DNA of 46,841 bases, taken from contig JAWLHB010000004.1 of NCBI GenBank assembly GCA_041690595.1, positions 248,001 to 294,841 of the forward strand, in the 5' to 3' direction. The notes under the pieces were generated by a model that saw only the letters and a list, made by a program, of their open reading frames with translations, was not told where the DNA came from and ran no database searches. Each line of letters begins with the position of its first letter. Within the stretch, counting starts at the first letter, position 1. Source of the DNA: Lentisphaeria bacterium. Its GTDB lineage: Bacteria; Verrucomicrobiota; Lentisphaeria; JABSQK01; JAWLHB01. The position numbers and the translations under genes are program-made. Shown here one piece after another: positions 1-15,825 of this stretch.

Positions 1-17
1 TCCGCGCCGTTCTCGAA

Positions 18-1508
18 TTGCTCGAGGATGAAGACGAGGACTACATGCCTCTTCTCAGCGTCGCTCGTGCTCAACAGCTCGAAGCCTGGAAAAAATTTAC
101 CGACAATTACAACGAAGAAGAGACCATCAAGGGTGTCATCAAGTTCCGCGTCAAAGGCGGGCTCATGGTGGACATCGGCGTTGATGCCTTCCTCCCAGGT
201 TCTCAGGTCGATACCGCGCCTGTCAAGAACATGGATGACTTTGTCGGCAACGAATACGAATTCAAGATCCTCAAGATCAACAGCGAGCGGCAGAATGTCG
301 TTATATCTCGCCGTGAGTTGCTTGAGGAAGAGAAGCAGCGCCGTCGCTCCAAGCTCATGGCCGAGTTACTTCCGGGCCAGATCCGTCAGGGCATCGTCAA
401 GAACATCACCGACTTCGGCGCCTTCGTCGACCTGCATGGTGTTGACGGTCTGATTCACATCACCGACATGTCCTGGGGCCGCATCTCGCATCCATCGGAG
501 CTTGTCTCGATCGGTCAGGAGATCGAATCGGTCATTCTCGACGTCGATCGGGACCAGCAGCGTGTCTCTCTCGGCCTCAAGCAGAAGTCCCCGGATCCAT
601 GGGAGTCCGTCGAGGACAAGTTCCCGGTCGGCTCGCGTATCAAGGGACGTGTCGTGAACGTGATGCCCTACGGTGGCTTTGTCGAGATCGAGGAAGGAGT
701 AGAAGGACTCATTCACGTTTCGGAAATGTCCTGGACGCGGCGCATCACTCGCGCCAGCGATGTCCTCAATGTCAATGACGAGGTCGAAGCTGTCGTTCTG
801 GACGTTCAGCCCGATGCGAAGAAGATTTCCCTCGGCTTGCGGCAGACGATGGAGAATCCATGGCAGCAGGCGGCCGCCAAGTATCCGGCCGGAACGAAGA
901 TTCGCGGCAAGGTCCGGAACATGACCTCCTACGGCGCCTTCATCGAGATCGAAGAAGGTATCGACGGCATGGTCCACGTCTCGGACATGTCCTGGACCCG
1001 CAAGGTCAACAATCCCGCCGAGGTATTGAAGAAGGGCGAGGAAGTTGACGCCGTCATCCTGGACATCGATCCTGATCAGCAGCGCATCTCACTTGGGCTC
1101 AAGCAGCTCGAAGAGGATCCGTGGTCGCAGATCGAGAAGATGTTCAATGTCAATCAGCAGGTCAAGGGAACGGTCACGAAGCTCACCAGTTTTGGAGCCT
1201 TCGTGGAGTTGGATAATGGTATTGAAGGCTTGATTCACATCTCGCAGCTCAGTGACCAGCAGGTCAACAAGGTGCGGGACGTGGTGCAGGTCGGCGATGA
1301 AGTTGAGGCCAAGGTCATCAAGATCGACGGCGCGGAACGGCGTATCGGTCTGAGCATCAAAGCGCTCAATGAATCCGACGTGGTTGAACCCACTCGAAGC
1401 TCCACTGCTGAACCGGGCGCCCTCAGGCCCGGAGAACATATGGTCGACATGGGCGATGTCTTTGACAGTGCCTTCGGCGAAAGCTACGACGAGGACGACG
1501 AGGACTAG
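18..1508 (+). CDS. rpsA: 30S ribosomal protein S1 (5'-truncated; true start lies upstream of the window)
   Basis: Tandem S1 domains ([44 protein letters not shown]); stop TAG at 1506-1508; acidic C-terminal tail. Confidence 0.97.
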   Translation: MLEDEDEDYMPLLSVARAQQLEAWKKFTDNYNEEETIKGVIKFRVKGGLMVDIGVDAFLPGSQVDTAPVKNMDDFVGNEYEFKILKINSERQNVVISRRELLEEEKQRRRSKLMAELLPGQIRQGIVKNITDFGAFVDLHGVDGLIHITDMSWGRISHPSELVSIGQEIESVILDVDRDQQRVSLGLKQKSPDPWESVEDKFPVGSRIKGRVVNVMPYGGFVEIEEGVEGLIHVSEMSWTRRITRASDVLNVNDEVEAVVLDVQPDAKKISLGLRQTMENPWQQAAAKYPAGTKIRGKVRNMTSYGAFIEIEEGIDGMVHVSDMSWTRKVNNPAEVLKKGEEVDAVILDIDPDQQRISLGLKQLEEDPWSQIEKMFNVNQQVKGTVTKLTSFGAFVELDNGIEGLIHISQLSDQQVNKVRDVVQVGDEVEAKVIKIDGAERRIGLSIKALNESDVVEPTRSSTAEPGALRPGEHMVDMGDVFDSAFGESYDEDDED

Positions 1509-1544
1509 AACCCAATTTTCTGCAAAAACTTCAGAAAAAAAGGG

Positions 1545-1572
1545 TTGAATCTCATCACGAATGCCGTAAATT
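1545..1572 (+). promoter_or_regulatory. Putative sigma70 promoter for tRNA-Thr-tuf
   Basis: TTGAAT (1545-1550), 16 nt, TAAATT (1567-1572); A-rich tract upstream; tRNA starts 21 nt after the -10. Confidence 0.55.
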
Positions 1573-1593
1573 ATCGGCTCACTTCTTGAAGGC

Positions 1594-1669
<76 letters not shown>

Positions 1670-1805
1670 CTCTTTCAGGGAATTGCCAAGTCCGAGCGTT
1701 GCGCAGCAAGTGCCCCCACCGGACAACGGCTCCATACGCAGCTGACCGGACATTCCATCAGAACCCATCAGATACGAAATCGTTGAGTGACAATCGGAGG
1801 AACCA

Positions 1806-3002
1806 ATGGCTAAAGAGCAATTTCAGCGCAACAAGCCACATGTGAACATCGGCACCATTGGTCACGTTGACCATGGCAAGACGACCCTGACCGCGGCTAT
1901 TACCATGTATCTGTCCCATAAGTACGGCGGTGACGTTCGCACTTTTGATCAGATCGACAATGCCCCGGAGGAGCGTCAGCGCGGTATCACCATCAATACG
2001 TCGCACGTGGAGTACCAGACGGAGAAGCGCCACTACGCTCACGTTGACTGTCCTGGACACGCGGACTATGTGAAGAACATGATCACGGGTGCTGCCCAGA
2101 TGGACGGTGCCATCCTGGTGATCGCCGCGACGGACGGGCCGATGGCTCAGACTCGCGAACACATTCTTCTCGCCCGTCAGGTCGGCGTCCCCGCCATCGT
2201 CGTCTTCGTCAACAAAGTTGATCAGGTCGATGACGAGGAGCTGCTGGAGTTGGTCGAGATGGAAATTCGTGAGCTGCTCAGCGTCTACGAATATCCGGGT
2301 GACGATATTCCAATCGTGCTTGGATCCGCCTTGAAGGCTCTCAACGCCGCCGGCGATCCCACCAACAACGACACCGACTGCATTGACAAGCTCATGGATG
2401 CCTGTGATGACTACATCCCGGAACCCGTGCGTGATGTCGATCAGCCCTTCCTGATGCCGATCGAAGACGTCTTCAGCATTGAAGGTCGTGGAACGGTGGT
2501 AACGGGTCGTATCGAGCGCGGAGTGATCAAGGTTGGCGAAGAAATCGAGATCATCGGTATCAAGCCGACCTTCAAGACCACGGTGACGGGCGTCGAAATG
2601 TTCCGCAAGCTCCTGGACCGTGGTCAGGCTGGCGACAACGTCGGCTGCCTGCTGCGTGGTACCAAGAAGGATGATGTCGAGCGCGGCCAGGTTCTGGCGG
2701 TGCCCGGTTCCATCACGCCTCATACCAAGTTCACGGCAGAAGTCTACGTGCTGAGCAAGGAAGAGGGTGGCCGTCATACCCCCTTCTTCTCCGGCTACCG
2801 CCCGCAGTTCTACTTCCGTACGACCGACGTGACCGGTATCGTCACTCTGCCCGAAGGCATCGAAATGGTCATGCCTGGTGACAATGTGACGCTGACCGGT
2901 GAGCTGATTGCCCCGATCGCGATGGAGCGCACGCTGCGCTTCGCTATTCGCGAAGGCGGCCGTACGGTTGGCGCCGGTCGTGTGACCGATATCATCGAGT
3001 AA
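1806..3002 (+). CDS. tuf: Elongation factor Tu
   Basis: [30 protein letters not shown] motifs; SD GGAGG upstream. Confidence 0.99.
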   Translation: MAKEQFQRNKPHVNIGTIGHVDHGKTTLTAAITMYLSHKYGGDVRTFDQIDNAPEERQRGITINTSHVEYQTEKRHYAHVDCPGHADYVKNMITGAAQMDGAILVIAATDGPMAQTREHILLARQVGVPAIVVFVNKVDQVDDEELLELVEMEIRELLSVYEYPGDDIPIVLGSALKALNAAGDPTNNDTDCIDKLMDACDDYIPEPVRDVDQPFLMPIEDVFSIEGRGTVVTGRIERGVIKVGEEIEIIGIKPTFKTTVTGVEMFRKLLDRGQAGDNVGCLLRGTKKDDVERGQVLAVPGSITPHTKFTAEVYVLSKEEGGRHTPFFSGYRPQFYFRTTDVTGIVTLPEGIEMVMPGDNVTLTGELIAPIAMERTLRFAIREGGRTVGAGRVTDIIE

Positions 3003-3019
3003 CGCGTTTGCCCGATTTC

Positions 3020-3055
3020 CCGGCGGGGCTTGGCTGTAAAACTGAGCCCCGCCGG
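3020..3055 (+). other. GC-rich intercistronic hairpin after tuf
   Basis: CCGGCGGGGCT (3020-3030) / AGCCCCGCCGG (3045-3055) perfect inverted repeat; no U-tract. Confidence 0.7.
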
Positions 3056-3090
3056 TACCATCCTCGGACGAACAACAGGAAACGACAATA

Positions 3091-3243
3091 ATGGCACGCG
3101 AAATCATCACCATGGCTTGCACCGAGTGCAAGAACCGGAATTATACGACGGACAAGAACCGCCGCAATACTCCGGGACGCCTGGAACTGAAGAAGTACTG
3201 CAGGCCCTGCGGCAAACACATGCTCCATCGGGAGACGCGTTAA
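3091..3243 (+). CDS. rpmG: 50S ribosomal protein L33 (zinc-ribbon form), absent from the ORF track
   Basis: Manual translation [50 protein letters not shown]; two CxxC; canonical tuf-rpmG-tRNA-Trp-secE position. Confidence 0.97.
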   Translation: MAREIITMACTECKNRNYTTDKNRRNTPGRLELKKYCRPCGKHMLHRETR

Positions 3244-3311
3244 GCTGTCGCAGCGTTCTCTGGCGCCGCCGCCAGTTGACAACGTGTGATCCGAAGATTT
3301 TGTGATTATGC

Positions 3312-3387
3312 AGGTGAGTAGCTCAGCTGGTAGAGCAGCGGTCTCCAAAACCGCAGGTCGCAGGTTCGAACCCTGTCTCACCTGCCA
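3312..3387 (+). tRNA. tRNA-Trp(CCA)
   Basis: Acceptor stem AGGTGAG/CTCACCT; anticodon arm GCGGT-CT-CCA-AA-ACCGC; GGTTCGAA; encoded CCA; lies upstream of secE. Confidence 0.97.
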
Positions 3388-3451
3388 CTTTTCACCCAGA
3401 ACGGCATGACTATTTGGCTCGCAACTCCACCATCAACCAGATCGACCCCCA

Positions 3452-3655
3452 ATGGCTAACCTGATTCAGAAAGTGACGACCTTCTACGATGAGACCTTGC
3501 AAGAGGTGAAGAAGTGCACCTGGCCCACGCGGCAGGAGCTTGTTCATCAGACAAATCTGGTCATTCTCACTGTGGTCGGTCTTGTCGTTTTCATTTTTCT
3601 GGTCGACCAGGTCGTGACCTGGCTTGTGCAGATGATCCTCAGTCTCGGATCCTGA
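3452..3655 (+). CDS. secE: Preprotein translocase subunit SecE
   Basis: EVKKCTWPTRQEL motif plus one TM helix; between tRNA-Trp and nusG. Confidence 0.95.
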   Translation: MANLIQKVTTFYDETLQEVKKCTWPTRQELVHQTNLVILTVVGLVVFIFLVDQVVTWLVQMILSLGS

Positions 3656-3707
3656 CATCCCTACGCAATCTACCCGCAGTTTTCACCAGCTACAGGCAAC
3701 TTCACCG

Positions 3708-4271
3708 ATGAGCGAGAGCGATAAAGGAAAATGGTTTGTCGTCCAAACCCTCTCCGGGCAGGAAAACAAAGCCCAGGAGAGCATTACCAAACGTCTCCCG
3801 CGGGAAGAGATGGAGGGCTTGGTTCTGGAAGCTCTGGTCCCTGTCCAGAAGGTGACGGAGGTGAAGCTTGGGAAGAAGACGACAACCAACAAGAAGTTCT
3901 TTCCCGGCTATATCCTGATCAAAGCGGCGCTCTATGATGAGAACCGCCGCGTGAACGATCGGGTTTGGACCTTCATCAACGATACGCCCGGCATCATCGG
4001 ATTCATTGGCGGAGACAAGCCTGTCCCGTTGACGGATCAGGAAGTGGGCGACATCATGGACCAGCTCCACCGGGATGAAGAAGCGCCGCGTCCGCGGATC
4101 GACTTCACCATCGGGGAGATTGTCAAGATCAAGGAAGGACCCTTCGAGAATCTCGAAGGCAAGATAGAACAGATTGATCCGGACCGTGGCAAGATCAAGC
4201 TCTCGGTCACCATTTTTGACCGCTCCACACCGGTCGAAGTCGAATATTGGCAGGTGGAACGCGCGGACTAA
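3708..4271 (+). CDS. nusG: Transcription termination/antitermination factor NusG
   Basis: WFVVQTLSGQE, KKFFPGY, KOW motif GEIVKIKEGPF, TPVEVEYWQVE. Confidence 0.98.
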   Translation: MSESDKGKWFVVQTLSGQENKAQESITKRLPREEMEGLVLEALVPVQKVTEVKLGKKTTTNKKFFPGYILIKAALYDENRRVNDRVWTFINDTPGIIGFIGGDKPVPLTDQEVGDIMDQLHRDEEAPRPRIDFTIGEIVKIKEGPFENLEGKIEQIDPDRGKIKLSVTIFDRSTPVEVEYWQVERAD

Positions 4272-4341
4272 ACCGGGCACCTGAGGCCCCCTCCACGTAC
4301 GCTACGCGCCAGGCACTCTCACTAACCAACAGGTCGTAACC

Positions 4342-4770
4342 ATGGCAAAGAAGGTTGTAGGCAAAATCAGCTTGCAGATACCCGCGGGTCAGGCCAATCC
4401 GGCCCCTCCCGTCGGCCCCGCGCTGGGTCAAGCCGGTGTGAACATCATGGAATTCTGCAAGCAGTTCAATGCTGCCACACAGGCCAATGTCGGGATGGTG
4501 ACTCCCGTGGTGATTACGGTCTTTGCTGATCGGTCATTCACGTTTATCACCAAATCGCCGCCGGCGGCAATCCTAATCAAGAAGGCCGCCAGTCTGGCAG
4601 CCGGTGCGAAAACGCCCGGCCGCGAAGTCGTCGGCTCCGTCACCCGGGAGCAGATCCTCGAGATCGCTCGCACGAAAATGGAAGATCTCAACGCCCGAAG
4701 CGAGGACGCGGCCATCAAGATCATCGCCGGCACCGCTCGCAGCATGGGCATCGAGGTGGTCGATGCATAG
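4342..4770 (+). CDS. rplK: 50S ribosomal protein L11
   Basis: [32 protein letters not shown]. Confidence 0.99.
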   Translation: MAKKVVGKISLQIPAGQANPAPPVGPALGQAGVNIMEFCKQFNAATQANVGMVTPVVITVFADRSFTFITKSPPAAILIKKAASLAAGAKTPGREVVGSVTREQILEIARTKMEDLNARSEDAAIKIIAGTARSMGIEVVDA

Positions 4771-5461
4771 AGGCAAGTTGTACACATCCCAGCTGGCGAC
4801 GATCGATCGCGAATCGCTGTATACGCTGGAGGAGGCAATCGCCAAGATCAAGGCGATGCCGCACGCCAAGTTCGATGAATCGGTGGAAGTTGCCATGAAG
4901 CTTGGCGTTGATCCACGCCAGTCGGATCAGGCACTTCGTGGCGCGATGGCGCTACCGCATGGAACTGGTAAGTCTGTTCGTATCGTCGTTGCGGCAGAGG
5001 GCGATGCCGCCACAGCTGCTCGTGCGGCCGGTGCGGATGTCGTGGGAATGGATGATTTGATCGCGAAGATCAGCGAAGGCTGGCTGGAGTTTGACGTGAT
5101 GATCGCAACGCCTTCGGCAATGCGTGAAGTCCGTAAGCTTGGCCGGGCTCTTGGTCCCCGCGGGCTGATGCCCAATCCCAAGACTGGCACAGTGACTGAC
5201 GATCCCGCCGCGGCGGTGCGAGAAGCGAAGGCCGGCCGTATCGAGTACCGGACGGACCGTGGTGGTTGCGTCCATGTACCGGTGGGAAAGGTATCGTTCA
5301 GTGAGTTGGCGTTGCAGGAGAACACGACGGCGGTAGTCAATACGATAATCCGCTCCCGCCCGTCATCCGCCAAGGGTGTCTTCCTGCAAAGCTGCACGAT
5401 GTCGGCGACAATGAGCCCCGGGGTACGGATTGACCCGCGGCATTTCACCAGGAGTACCTGA
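4763..5461 (+). CDS. rplA: 50S ribosomal protein L1
   Basis: [38 protein letters not shown] at 4763 overlaps rplK by 8 nt. Confidence 0.96.
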   Translation: MHRGKLYTSQLATIDRESLYTLEEAIAKIKAMPHAKFDESVEVAMKLGVDPRQSDQALRGAMALPHGTGKSVRIVVAAEGDAATAARAAGADVVGMDDLIAKISEGWLEFDVMIATPSAMREVRKLGRALGPRGLMPNPKTGTVTDDPAAAVREAKAGRIEYRTDRGGCVHVPVGKVSFSELALQENTTAVVNTIIRSRPSSAKGVFLQSCTMSATMSPGVRIDPRHFTRST

Positions 5462-5463
5462 TC

Positions 5464-5988
5464 ATGCGTGTAGAAAAACTCAGCCTGGGTAATTACGTCA
5501 CCGACGTCTTGAAAGAATCGTCGTACCTGTTCTTCATCCGGTATCAGGGGCTAACGGTCGCCCAGATCAGCGCGCTGCGCGCGAAGCTGGACGCCGCGGG
5601 AGCCCACTGCACCGTGATCAAGAACACTTACATCCGCCTTGGTCTGCTGAACAACGGGCATACTCTTCCAGAGTCGCTCGAGTTGGCAGGCGATACGGCG
5701 GTTGTGCATGGTGTGAACGACCCGTGTCCAGTGGCCAAAGTCATCAAGGCTTTTGGCAAAGATCATGAGCGAATCACCTTCAAGGGTGGCCTGGTAGAAG
5801 GTGATTTTCTCACGTCCGACGACTGCCTCGCCCTAGCGGAACTGCCGCCGAAGGAGATCCTGCAGGCGCAGTTGCTGGGCGTACTTGAGGCGCCGAAGAC
5901 GTATCTGGTGCGTGTGCTCAACGCAAAGGTTTCCAGCATCGTCTATTGCATCCAGGCTTATCGTGACAAAATTGAGCAAGCATCTTAG
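5464..5988 (+). CDS. rplJ: 50S ribosomal protein L10
   Basis: [34 protein letters not shown]; position between rplA and rplL. Confidence 0.96.
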   Translation: MRVEKLSLGNYVTDVLKESSYLFFIRYQGLTVAQISALRAKLDAAGAHCTVIKNTYIRLGLLNNGHTLPESLELAGDTAVVHGVNDPCPVAKVIKAFGKDHERITFKGGLVEGDFLTSDDCLALAELPPKEILQAQLLGVLEAPKTYLVRVLNAKVSSIVYCIQAYRDKIEQAS

Positions 5989-6002
5989 CGGAGGAATCTA
6001 TA

Positions 6003-6407
6003 ATGGCTGACGAAGCTGTCAAAGTCGAAGTGTCGGAAGAGATGGACAAGTTCATCTCCTACATCGAGAACCTTTCTGTTCTCGAGCTGTCTAAAATGGT
6101 GAAAGCGCTTGAGAATCGCCTTGGCGTATCGGCTGCTGCTCCGGTAGCTGCTGCTGCCGCGGCGCCTGCTGAAGCGGCTGCGGAAGTGGAAGAGAAGACG
6201 GAATTTGACGTCGTTCTCACCGGCTTCGGCGACAAGAAGATTGGCGTGATCAAGGAAGTGCGTGCGATCACGGGTCTTGGGCTGAAAGAAGCCAAGGATC
6301 TGGTGGAAGCCGCGCCGAAACCGATCAAGGAAGGCGTATCGAAGGATGAGGCGGAAGCGCTCAAGAAGCAACTTGAAGGTGCCGGGGCTTCAGTCGAACT
6401 GAAATAA
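6003..6407 (+). CDS. rplL: 50S ribosomal protein L7/L12
   Basis: Ala-rich hinge, [30 protein letters not shown]. Confidence 0.99.
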   Translation: MADEAVKVEVSEEMDKFISYIENLSVLELSKMVKALENRLGVSAAAPVAAAAAAPAEAAAEVEEKTEFDVVLTGFGDKKIGVIKEVRAITGLGLKEAKDLVEAAPKPIKEGVSKDEAEALKKQLEGAGASVELK

Positions 6408-6470
6408 TGAAGCTTGCTGACGCACGTTGTTCTTCCGGCATCCGCCGACGACATACGCAAACATTTCATC

Positions 6471-6520
6471 GCAGAGGCGAACGAAAGGGATTTCTTTTTC
6501 GTTCTGCCTCTGCTTTGTCT
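6471..6520 (+). terminator. Attenuator/terminator-like hairpin between rplL and rpoB
   Basis: GCAGAGGC-GAACGAAAGGGA / TCTTTTTCGTTC-T-GCCTCTGC long stem followed by TTTGTCT; same position as the E. coli rplL-rpoB attenuator. Confidence 0.65.
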
Positions 6521-6564
6521 ACATACAACGCAATCGTCACTCCTAACGTTTGCGGGGGAACTCT

Positions 6565-10443
<3,879 letters not shown>

Positions 10444-10532
10444 TGCCACCGATACGCCTGGCGGCATCGGCCGCCGGGCGTTCTGGATCAGCGATTTACA
10501 TACGAGATATAGTTACTCCCAAGGAGGATGCA

Positions 10533-13500
10533 ATGGCTGAGAGTCATCATCAAGCAGTACGTGAAATCCTGGGATTGGAGCCGAGCGATACCTTTGGTTG
10601 CGTGAGCATCAAAGTTGCATCGCCGGAAACGATTCGGTCGTGGAGCCGTGGCGAGGTCAAGAACCCGGAAACGATTAACTATCGAACCTTCAAGCCGGAA
10701 AAGGGTGGCCTGTTCTGCGAGAAGATCTTTGGCCCGACCCGCGACTGGGAATGCAGCTGCGGCAAGTACAAGCGGATCAAGCACAAGGGGATCGTCTGCG
10801 ACCGTTGTGGCGTGGAAGTGACGCATTCGCGGGTTCGTCGTGAACGCATGGGTCACATCGACCTTGCGGTGCCGGTGTCGCATGTATGGTTCTTCAAGTG
10901 CATGCCCAGCCGTATCGGGCTGATGCTCGACATGACCGCGCGAAATCTCGAGAAGGTGATCTACTACGAAACCTGGATCGTCACCGACAAGGGTGACACG
11001 CCTCTGGAAGACAAGCAGTTGCTCACGGAAGACGAATACCGTGACTATCGCGAACTCTATGGCGATTCCTTCCGCGCCGGCATGGGCGCTCAGGCCATGA
11101 CGGAGTTGCTTGAGAAGGTGAAGCTCAAGGAGTTGCGGGAAGAACTGACCGTCGAGATGAGCGAGACCGGCAGCAAGGCGATGCGCAAGAAGCTGGCGAA
11201 GCGGCTGCGCCTGGTGGAAGGGTTCATGGAGGGCGAAATGCGCCCCGAATGGATGATCCTCAAGGTGCTCCCGGTGATTCCGCCCGATCTGCGCCCGCTC
11301 GTTCCGCTGGAAGGTGGCCGCTTTGCCACCTCCGACTTGAACGATCTCTACCGGCGCGTGATCAACCGCAACAACCGCTTGAAGAACCTGCTCAGCCTGC
11401 GCACGCCTGAAGTCATTATCCGCAATGAAAAGCGGATGCTGCAGGAAGCGGTAGACGCGTTGATGGACAACGGCCGTCACGGCCGTGCGGTGACCGGCGC
11501 GGGCAATCGGCCGCTGAAGTCGTTGAGCGACATGCTCAAGGGCAAGCAAGGGCGTTTTCGCCAGAACCTGCTCGGCAAGCGCGTTGACTATTCGGGTCGT
11601 TCGGTGATCGTTGTGGGACCGGAATTGAAGTTGCATCAGTGCGGGCTGCCCAAGAAGATGGCGCTGACTCTGTTCGAGCCATTCATCATCCGCCGGCTGA
11701 AAGAGCTGGGTTATGTGCACACGGTGCGCAGCGCGAAGAAGATGATCGAACGTGGTGAAGAGCAAGTGTGGGACATCCTCGAGGAAGTGACCAAGGGACA
11801 CCCGATCCTGCTCAACCGCGCGCCAACGCTGCACCGCTTGTCTATCCAGGCTTTCGATCCGATTCTGATCGAAGGTAACGCTCTGCGCATCCATCCGCTC
11901 GTCTGTGCCGCCTACAACGCGGACTTCGACGGAGACCAGATGGCCGTGCACGTTCCCTTGTCGAACGAGGCGCAGCTCGAGGCGAAGACCCTGATGCTGG
12001 CCCCGAACAACATCTTCTATCCGTCGAACGGCAAGCCGATTGCGACGCCGTCGCAGGATATCACGCTCGGTTCCTATTACTTGACGTATGTGAAGCCGAA
12101 CGCGTTGGAGACGGCCGACAAGCTGAAAGCCTTCAACGACAGCGAAGAAGTCATGACAGCTTACAATCATGGCAAGCTGAAGATTCACGATGTGATCCTT
12201 CTTCGTAATCCAGACTACGGCAATGAGACGATCTGGAAGACGTCAGACGCGAAGTTCATCCGTACGACTGCAGGCCGCTGTATTTTCAGCTCGATCTGGC
12301 CGCGCGATCTTGGTTTCTTCAATGAAGTGGCCAACAAGGGCTCGCTGGGCAAGTTGATCAGTGCGGCGTACAAGTCGCTGGGACGCGAGCGTACGGTGAT
12401 TATCCTTGACCTGCTGAAGGAGCTCGGTTACGAGTATGCCACGCAGGCTGGTTTCTCCATCGCGATTGTCGATATGATGATCCCGGTAGAGAAGAAGGAA
12501 GTGGTCAGCAGTGCGCAGAAGGAAGTGGAGAAGATCCGCGAGCAGTACAATCGTGGCGTGATCACCGATGGTGAGCGTTACAACAAGTGTATTGACGTGT
12601 GGACGCAGGCGAACAATCAGGTCGCCTCGGTGCTCTTCCATACGCTGGAGCGGAATGACGATCGTGACGAGATCAACCCGGTCTGGGCGATGCTCGACTC
12701 CGGTGCGCGAGGCAGCAAGGACCAGATTCGCCAGCTGGCGGGTATGCGCGGCCTGATGGCCAAGCCGTCCGGTGACATCATCGAGCGGCCCATTCTCGCC
12801 AACTTCCGCGAGGGCCTCAGTGTTCTCGAGTTCTTCATCAGCTCGCACGGTGCCCGTAAGGGACTTGCCGATACGGCTTTGAAGACGGCGGACTCCGGTT
12901 ACATGACCCGAAAGCTGGTCGACGTCGCCCACGATGTAATCTGCATCGAAGACGACTGCCTGACCACCCAGGGCATCTTCGTGAGTGCGATCAAGGAAGG
13001 CGACGAAGACATGCTTCCGCTGCGGGACCGGATCATCGGGCGCTTCAGCGCTGACGATATTCGCGATCCGCTCAGCAAGGAGTACAAGCTCATTGTCGGC
13101 GCGGGCGAAGAGATCGTCGATGAGATCGCGGAGAAGATCATGGATGTGGGCATCGACCGTGTACGCGTTCGCTCTGTCCTCACCTGTACCAGCACGGACG
13201 GGGTCTGCGGCAAGTGCTACGGCCGCAACCTGGCGACCGACGGTTTTGCGCACGAAGGGGACTCGATCGGCATCATTGCCGCCCAGTCCATTGGCGAGCC
13301 CGGAACGCAGCTGACGATGCGTACCTTCCACTATGGTGGTACGGCATCTTCCCAGTTCCGTCAGCCGGTGGTGAAAGCGCGTATCGGCGGTAAACTTCGT
13401 CTTGCCGAGGCCCGCATTGTCGTGACGGAAGAGGGTAAGACGATTATCCTCAACAAGACGGCTCGCGCGGTGCTCGAGGACGAACGTGGCTTCGAGCAGG

Positions 13501-14735
13501 AGAGCCATCAGCTGATGGCCGGCGCTACGGTGCTCAAGACGGAAGGCGACATCATCGAGAAGAACGAGATCTTCGTGCGCTGGGATCCGTACAACGTGCC
13601 GATCATCACCGAGTTTTCGGGGACGATCAGTTTCGTTGACTTGGTGGAAGGCATCACGATGCGCCAGCAGATCAACGAGATGACCAACACGCGTGAAACG
13701 ATGGTGCTGGAGCATCGCGAGGATTTGTTCCCGCAGATCGTGATTCAGAATGCCGACGGCGAGATGCTCGGTCACTACAGCATTCCGGCTGCCGCCTATA
13801 TCATGGTGGAAGACGGTGCCACGGTGAAGAAGGGCGATACGCTTGCCCGTACGCCGCGGCAGAGTGCGCGAACCAAGGACATTACTGGTGGTCTCCCCCG
13901 TGTTGCCGAACTTTTCGAGGCGCGGCGGCCAAAGGAAGCAGCGGAGATTGCCAAGATTGACGGTATCGTCACGCTGGGCAAGCAGGCGAAAGGTAAGCGG
14001 GGCCTGGTCATTCGCGATCAGGACAGCAACAGCACCGAGGAACACTCGATCCCGGCGAACAAGCATATCGTCGTCTTCGACGGTGAGTTTGTGAAGAAGG
14101 GGCAGCCCCTGACGGAAGGTTCCGTGGTGCCGCAGGAGATCCTCGAAGTGTGCGGTCCCCAGGACCTGCAGGAGTATCTGGTGAACGAGATTCAGCAGGT
14201 CTACCGTCTGCAGGGTGTGGAAATCAACGACAAGCACATCGAGGTGATTGTCCGGCAGATGCTGCAGAAGGTGCGGATCACCGAGCCTGGTGATACGCAG
14301 TTCCTGTACGGCGAGCAGATCGAGAAGACGGCCTTCAGCCAGGAGAACATGCGGGTTGTCGCGGAAGGTGGCAAGCCCGCCGAAGCGCAGCCGATAATTC
14401 TGGGGATCACCAAGGCCTCCCTGGAGACGGACAGCTTCATCTCTGCCGCGTCGTTCCAGGATACGACACGCGTGCTCACCGAGGCAGCGACACTGGCGCG
14501 GGTCGATCCGCTGACCGGCTTCAAGGAGAACGTCATCATGGGGCATCTGATACCTGCCGGTACGGGGTACAAGAAGCGCCTGAACGTGACCCTCAAGAAG
14601 CTTGGCCGCGAGATCCAGCCGGAGGTCGGCAGTGAAGCGGCGGAAGTCAGTACCCGGGCCACGGCAAAATCCAATGCCAGTGACGAAGTGGCCGACGCGC
14701 TTGCGGCCCTTGGTCTGGACAGCCAGGGAAGTTGA
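10533..14735 (+). CDS. rpoC: DNA-directed RNA polymerase beta' subunit
   Basis: Zn finger (CEKIFGP..CSCGKY..CDRCGV), catalytic [34 protein letters not shown] before ATG 10533. Confidence 0.99.
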   Translation: MAESHHQAVREILGLEPSDTFGCVSIKVASPETIRSWSRGEVKNPETINYRTFKPEKGGLFCEKIFGPTRDWECSCGKYKRIKHKGIVCDRCGVEVTHSRVRRERMGHIDLAVPVSHVWFFKCMPSRIGLMLDMTARNLEKVIYYETWIVTDKGDTPLEDKQLLTEDEYRDYRELYGDSFRAGMGAQAMTELLEKVKLKELREELTVEMSETGSKAMRKKLAKRLRLVEGFMEGEMRPEWMILKVLPVIPPDLRPLVPLEGGRFATSDLNDLYRRVINRNNRLKNLLSLRTPEVIIRNEKRMLQEAVDALMDNGRHGRAVTGAGNRPLKSLSDMLKGKQGRFRQNLLGKRVDYSGRSVIVVGPELKLHQCGLPKKMALTLFEPFIIRRLKELGYVHTVRSAKKMIERGEEQVWDILEEVTKGHPILLNRAPTLHRLSIQAFDPILIEGNALRIHPLVCAAYNADFDGDQMAVHVPLSNEAQLEAKTLMLAPNNIFYPSNGKPIATPSQDITLGSYYLTYVKPNALETADKLKAFNDSEEVMTAYNHGKLKIHDVILLRNPDYGNETIWKTSDAKFIRTTAGRCIFSSIWPRDLGFFNEVANKGSLGKLISAAYKSLGRERTVIILDLLKELGYEYATQAGFSIAIVDMMIPVEKKEVVSSAQKEVEKIREQYNRGVITDGERYNKCIDVWTQANNQVASVLFHTLERNDDRDEINPVWAMLDSGARGSKDQIRQLAGMRGLMAKPSGDIIERPILANFREGLSVLEFFISSHGARKGLADTALKTADSGYMTRKLVDVAHDVICIEDDCLTTQGIFVSAIKEGDEDMLPLRDRIIGRFSADDIRDPLSKEYKLIVGAGEEIVDEIAEKIMDVGIDRVRVRSVLTCTSTDGVCGKCYGRNLATDGFAHEGDSIGIIAAQSIGEPGTQLTMRTFHYGGTASSQFRQPVVKARIGGKLRLAEARIVVTEEGKTIILNKTARAVLEDERGFEQESHQLMAGATVLKTEGDIIEKNEIFVRWDPYNVPIITEFSGTISFVDLVEGITMRQQINEMTNTRETMVLEHREDLFPQIVIQNADGEMLGHYSIPAAAYIMVEDGATVKKGDTLARTPRQSARTKDITGGLPRVAELFEARRPKEAAEIAKIDGIVTLGKQAKGKRGLVIRDQDSNSTEEHSIPANKHIVVFDGEFVKKGQPLTEGSVVPQEILEVCGPQDLQEYLVNEIQQVYRLQGVEINDKHIEVIVRQMLQKVRITEPGDTQFLYGEQIEKTAFSQENMRVVAEGGKPAEAQPIILGITKASLETDSFISAASFQDTTRVLTEAATLARVDPLTGFKENVIMGHLIPAGTGYKKRLNVTLKKLGREIQPEVGSEAAEVSTRATAKSNASDEVADALAALGLDSQGS

Positions 14736-14744
14736 CGAGGTTTC

Positions 14745-14788
14745 AGCGGGGCAGAGCTGCCATCTGGTAATTCTGCCCCGCTTTTTTT
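14745..14788 (+). terminator. Rho-independent terminator of rpoBC
   Basis: AGCGGGGCAGA...TCTGCCCCGCT stem followed by a T run. Confidence 0.9.
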
Positions 14789-14798
14789 GCACAGGACC

Positions 14799-14826
14799 TT
14801 GACATCGGGTCGAGGCAATGTAGTTT
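14799..14826 (+). promoter_or_regulatory. Putative sigma70 promoter of the str/S10 operon
   Basis: TTGACA (14799-14804), 16 nt, TAGTTT (14821-14826), just after the rpoC terminator. Confidence 0.7.
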
Positions 14827-14864
14827 AACGGCCTTTGCATTTTACAATCGGAGAGAGTGAGGAC

Positions 14865-15230
14865 ATGCCGACAATTAACCAACTTGTCCGTAAAGGACGT
14901 ACGCCGAAGCGCTACAAGAGCAAGTCGCGGGCCTTGGCCCGTTGCCCGCAGCGCCGCGGTGTCTGTCTTCAGGTAACGACGCGTACGCCTAAGAAGCCGA
15001 ACTCGGCTCTGCGGAAGATTGCGCGCGTACGGTTGAGCAATGGTCAGGAAGTGACTGCCTACATAGGTGGCGAAGGCCACAACCTGCAGGAGCACTCGAT
15101 CGTGCTCGTGCGCGGAGGCCGTGTACCAGATCTTCCTGGCGTTCGTTATCACATCGTGCGTGGAGCCCTCGACTGCCTCGGCGTCGATGGTCGCAAGCAG
15201 GGACGATCCAAGTACGGTGCGAAGAAGTAA
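14865..15230 (+). CDS. rpsL: 30S ribosomal protein S12
   Basis: [39 protein letters not shown]. Confidence 0.99.
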   Translation: MPTINQLVRKGRTPKRYKSKSRALARCPQRRGVCLQVTTRTPKKPNSALRKIARVRLSNGQEVTAYIGGEGHNLQEHSIVLVRGGRVPDLPGVRYHIVRGALDCLGVDGRKQGRSKYGAKK

Positions 15231-15357
15231 TACCTGGTGGTGAGTCCACTGGTATAGATCCGACGACCACCACCGCTGTCGGCCTCATGAGAACTTGTCA
15301 TGAACCGGCAGCGTTTCTTTCGCGTCATTCATCCACGCTGATTAGCAGGAACCCACG

Positions 15358-15825
15358 ATGAGAAGAAGAAGAGCAGAAAGCCGGCAGCTTGTACCGGATG
15401 TGAAGTACAACAGCGAGCTGGTCACCAATCTGATCAATACCATCATGAAGTGCGGCAAGAAGACGGTGGCGCAAGCTATCGTGTACGGGGCGATGGATAT
15501 CATCGAGGAGAAGCAGAAGGCTGATCCCCTCGAGGTGTTCATGCAGGCCTTGGACAATGTCCGCCCGGTGGTGGAGGTAAAGAGTCGGCGCGTTGGTGGT
15601 GCAAACTACCAGGTGCCGGTGGAAATTTCGCCGAATCGCCAGGTAGGCATAGCCTTGCGCTGGATCGTGAATTTTGCCGATGGCCGCAAGGGGCGCACGA
15701 TGCGCGACGCGCTGGCCGGCGAAATCCTCGATGCCTACAACAACACCGGCTCCGCTGTAAAGAAGAAAGACGACACCCACAAGATGGCCCAAGCCAACCG
15801 AGCTTTCGCTCACTACCGCTGGTAG
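15358..15825 (+). CDS. rpsG: 30S ribosomal protein S7
   Basis: [30 protein letters not shown]. Confidence 0.99.
   Translation: MRRRRAESRQLVPDVKYNSELVTNLINTIMKCGKKTVAQAIVYGAMDIIEEKQKADPLEVFMQALDNVRPVVEVKSRRVGGANYQVPVEISPNRQVGIALRWIVNFADGRKGRTMRDALAGEILDAYNNTGSAVKKKDDTHKMAQANRAFAHYRW

Noticed and set aside
3030..3305. 91-aa ORF between tuf and tRNA-Trp
   Set aside because: Wrong frame; the real gene is the 50-aa rpmG at 3091-3243
3276..3310. Perfect TTGACA upstream of tRNA-Trp
   Set aside because: No acceptable -10 at 16-18 nt spacing
12243..15152. Long antisense ORFs (969 aa here; also 1758-3131, 8542-10134, 10488-12188, 15857-17548, 30778-32760)
   Set aside because: Antisense shadows of GC-rich, codon-biased genes; no recognisable motifs
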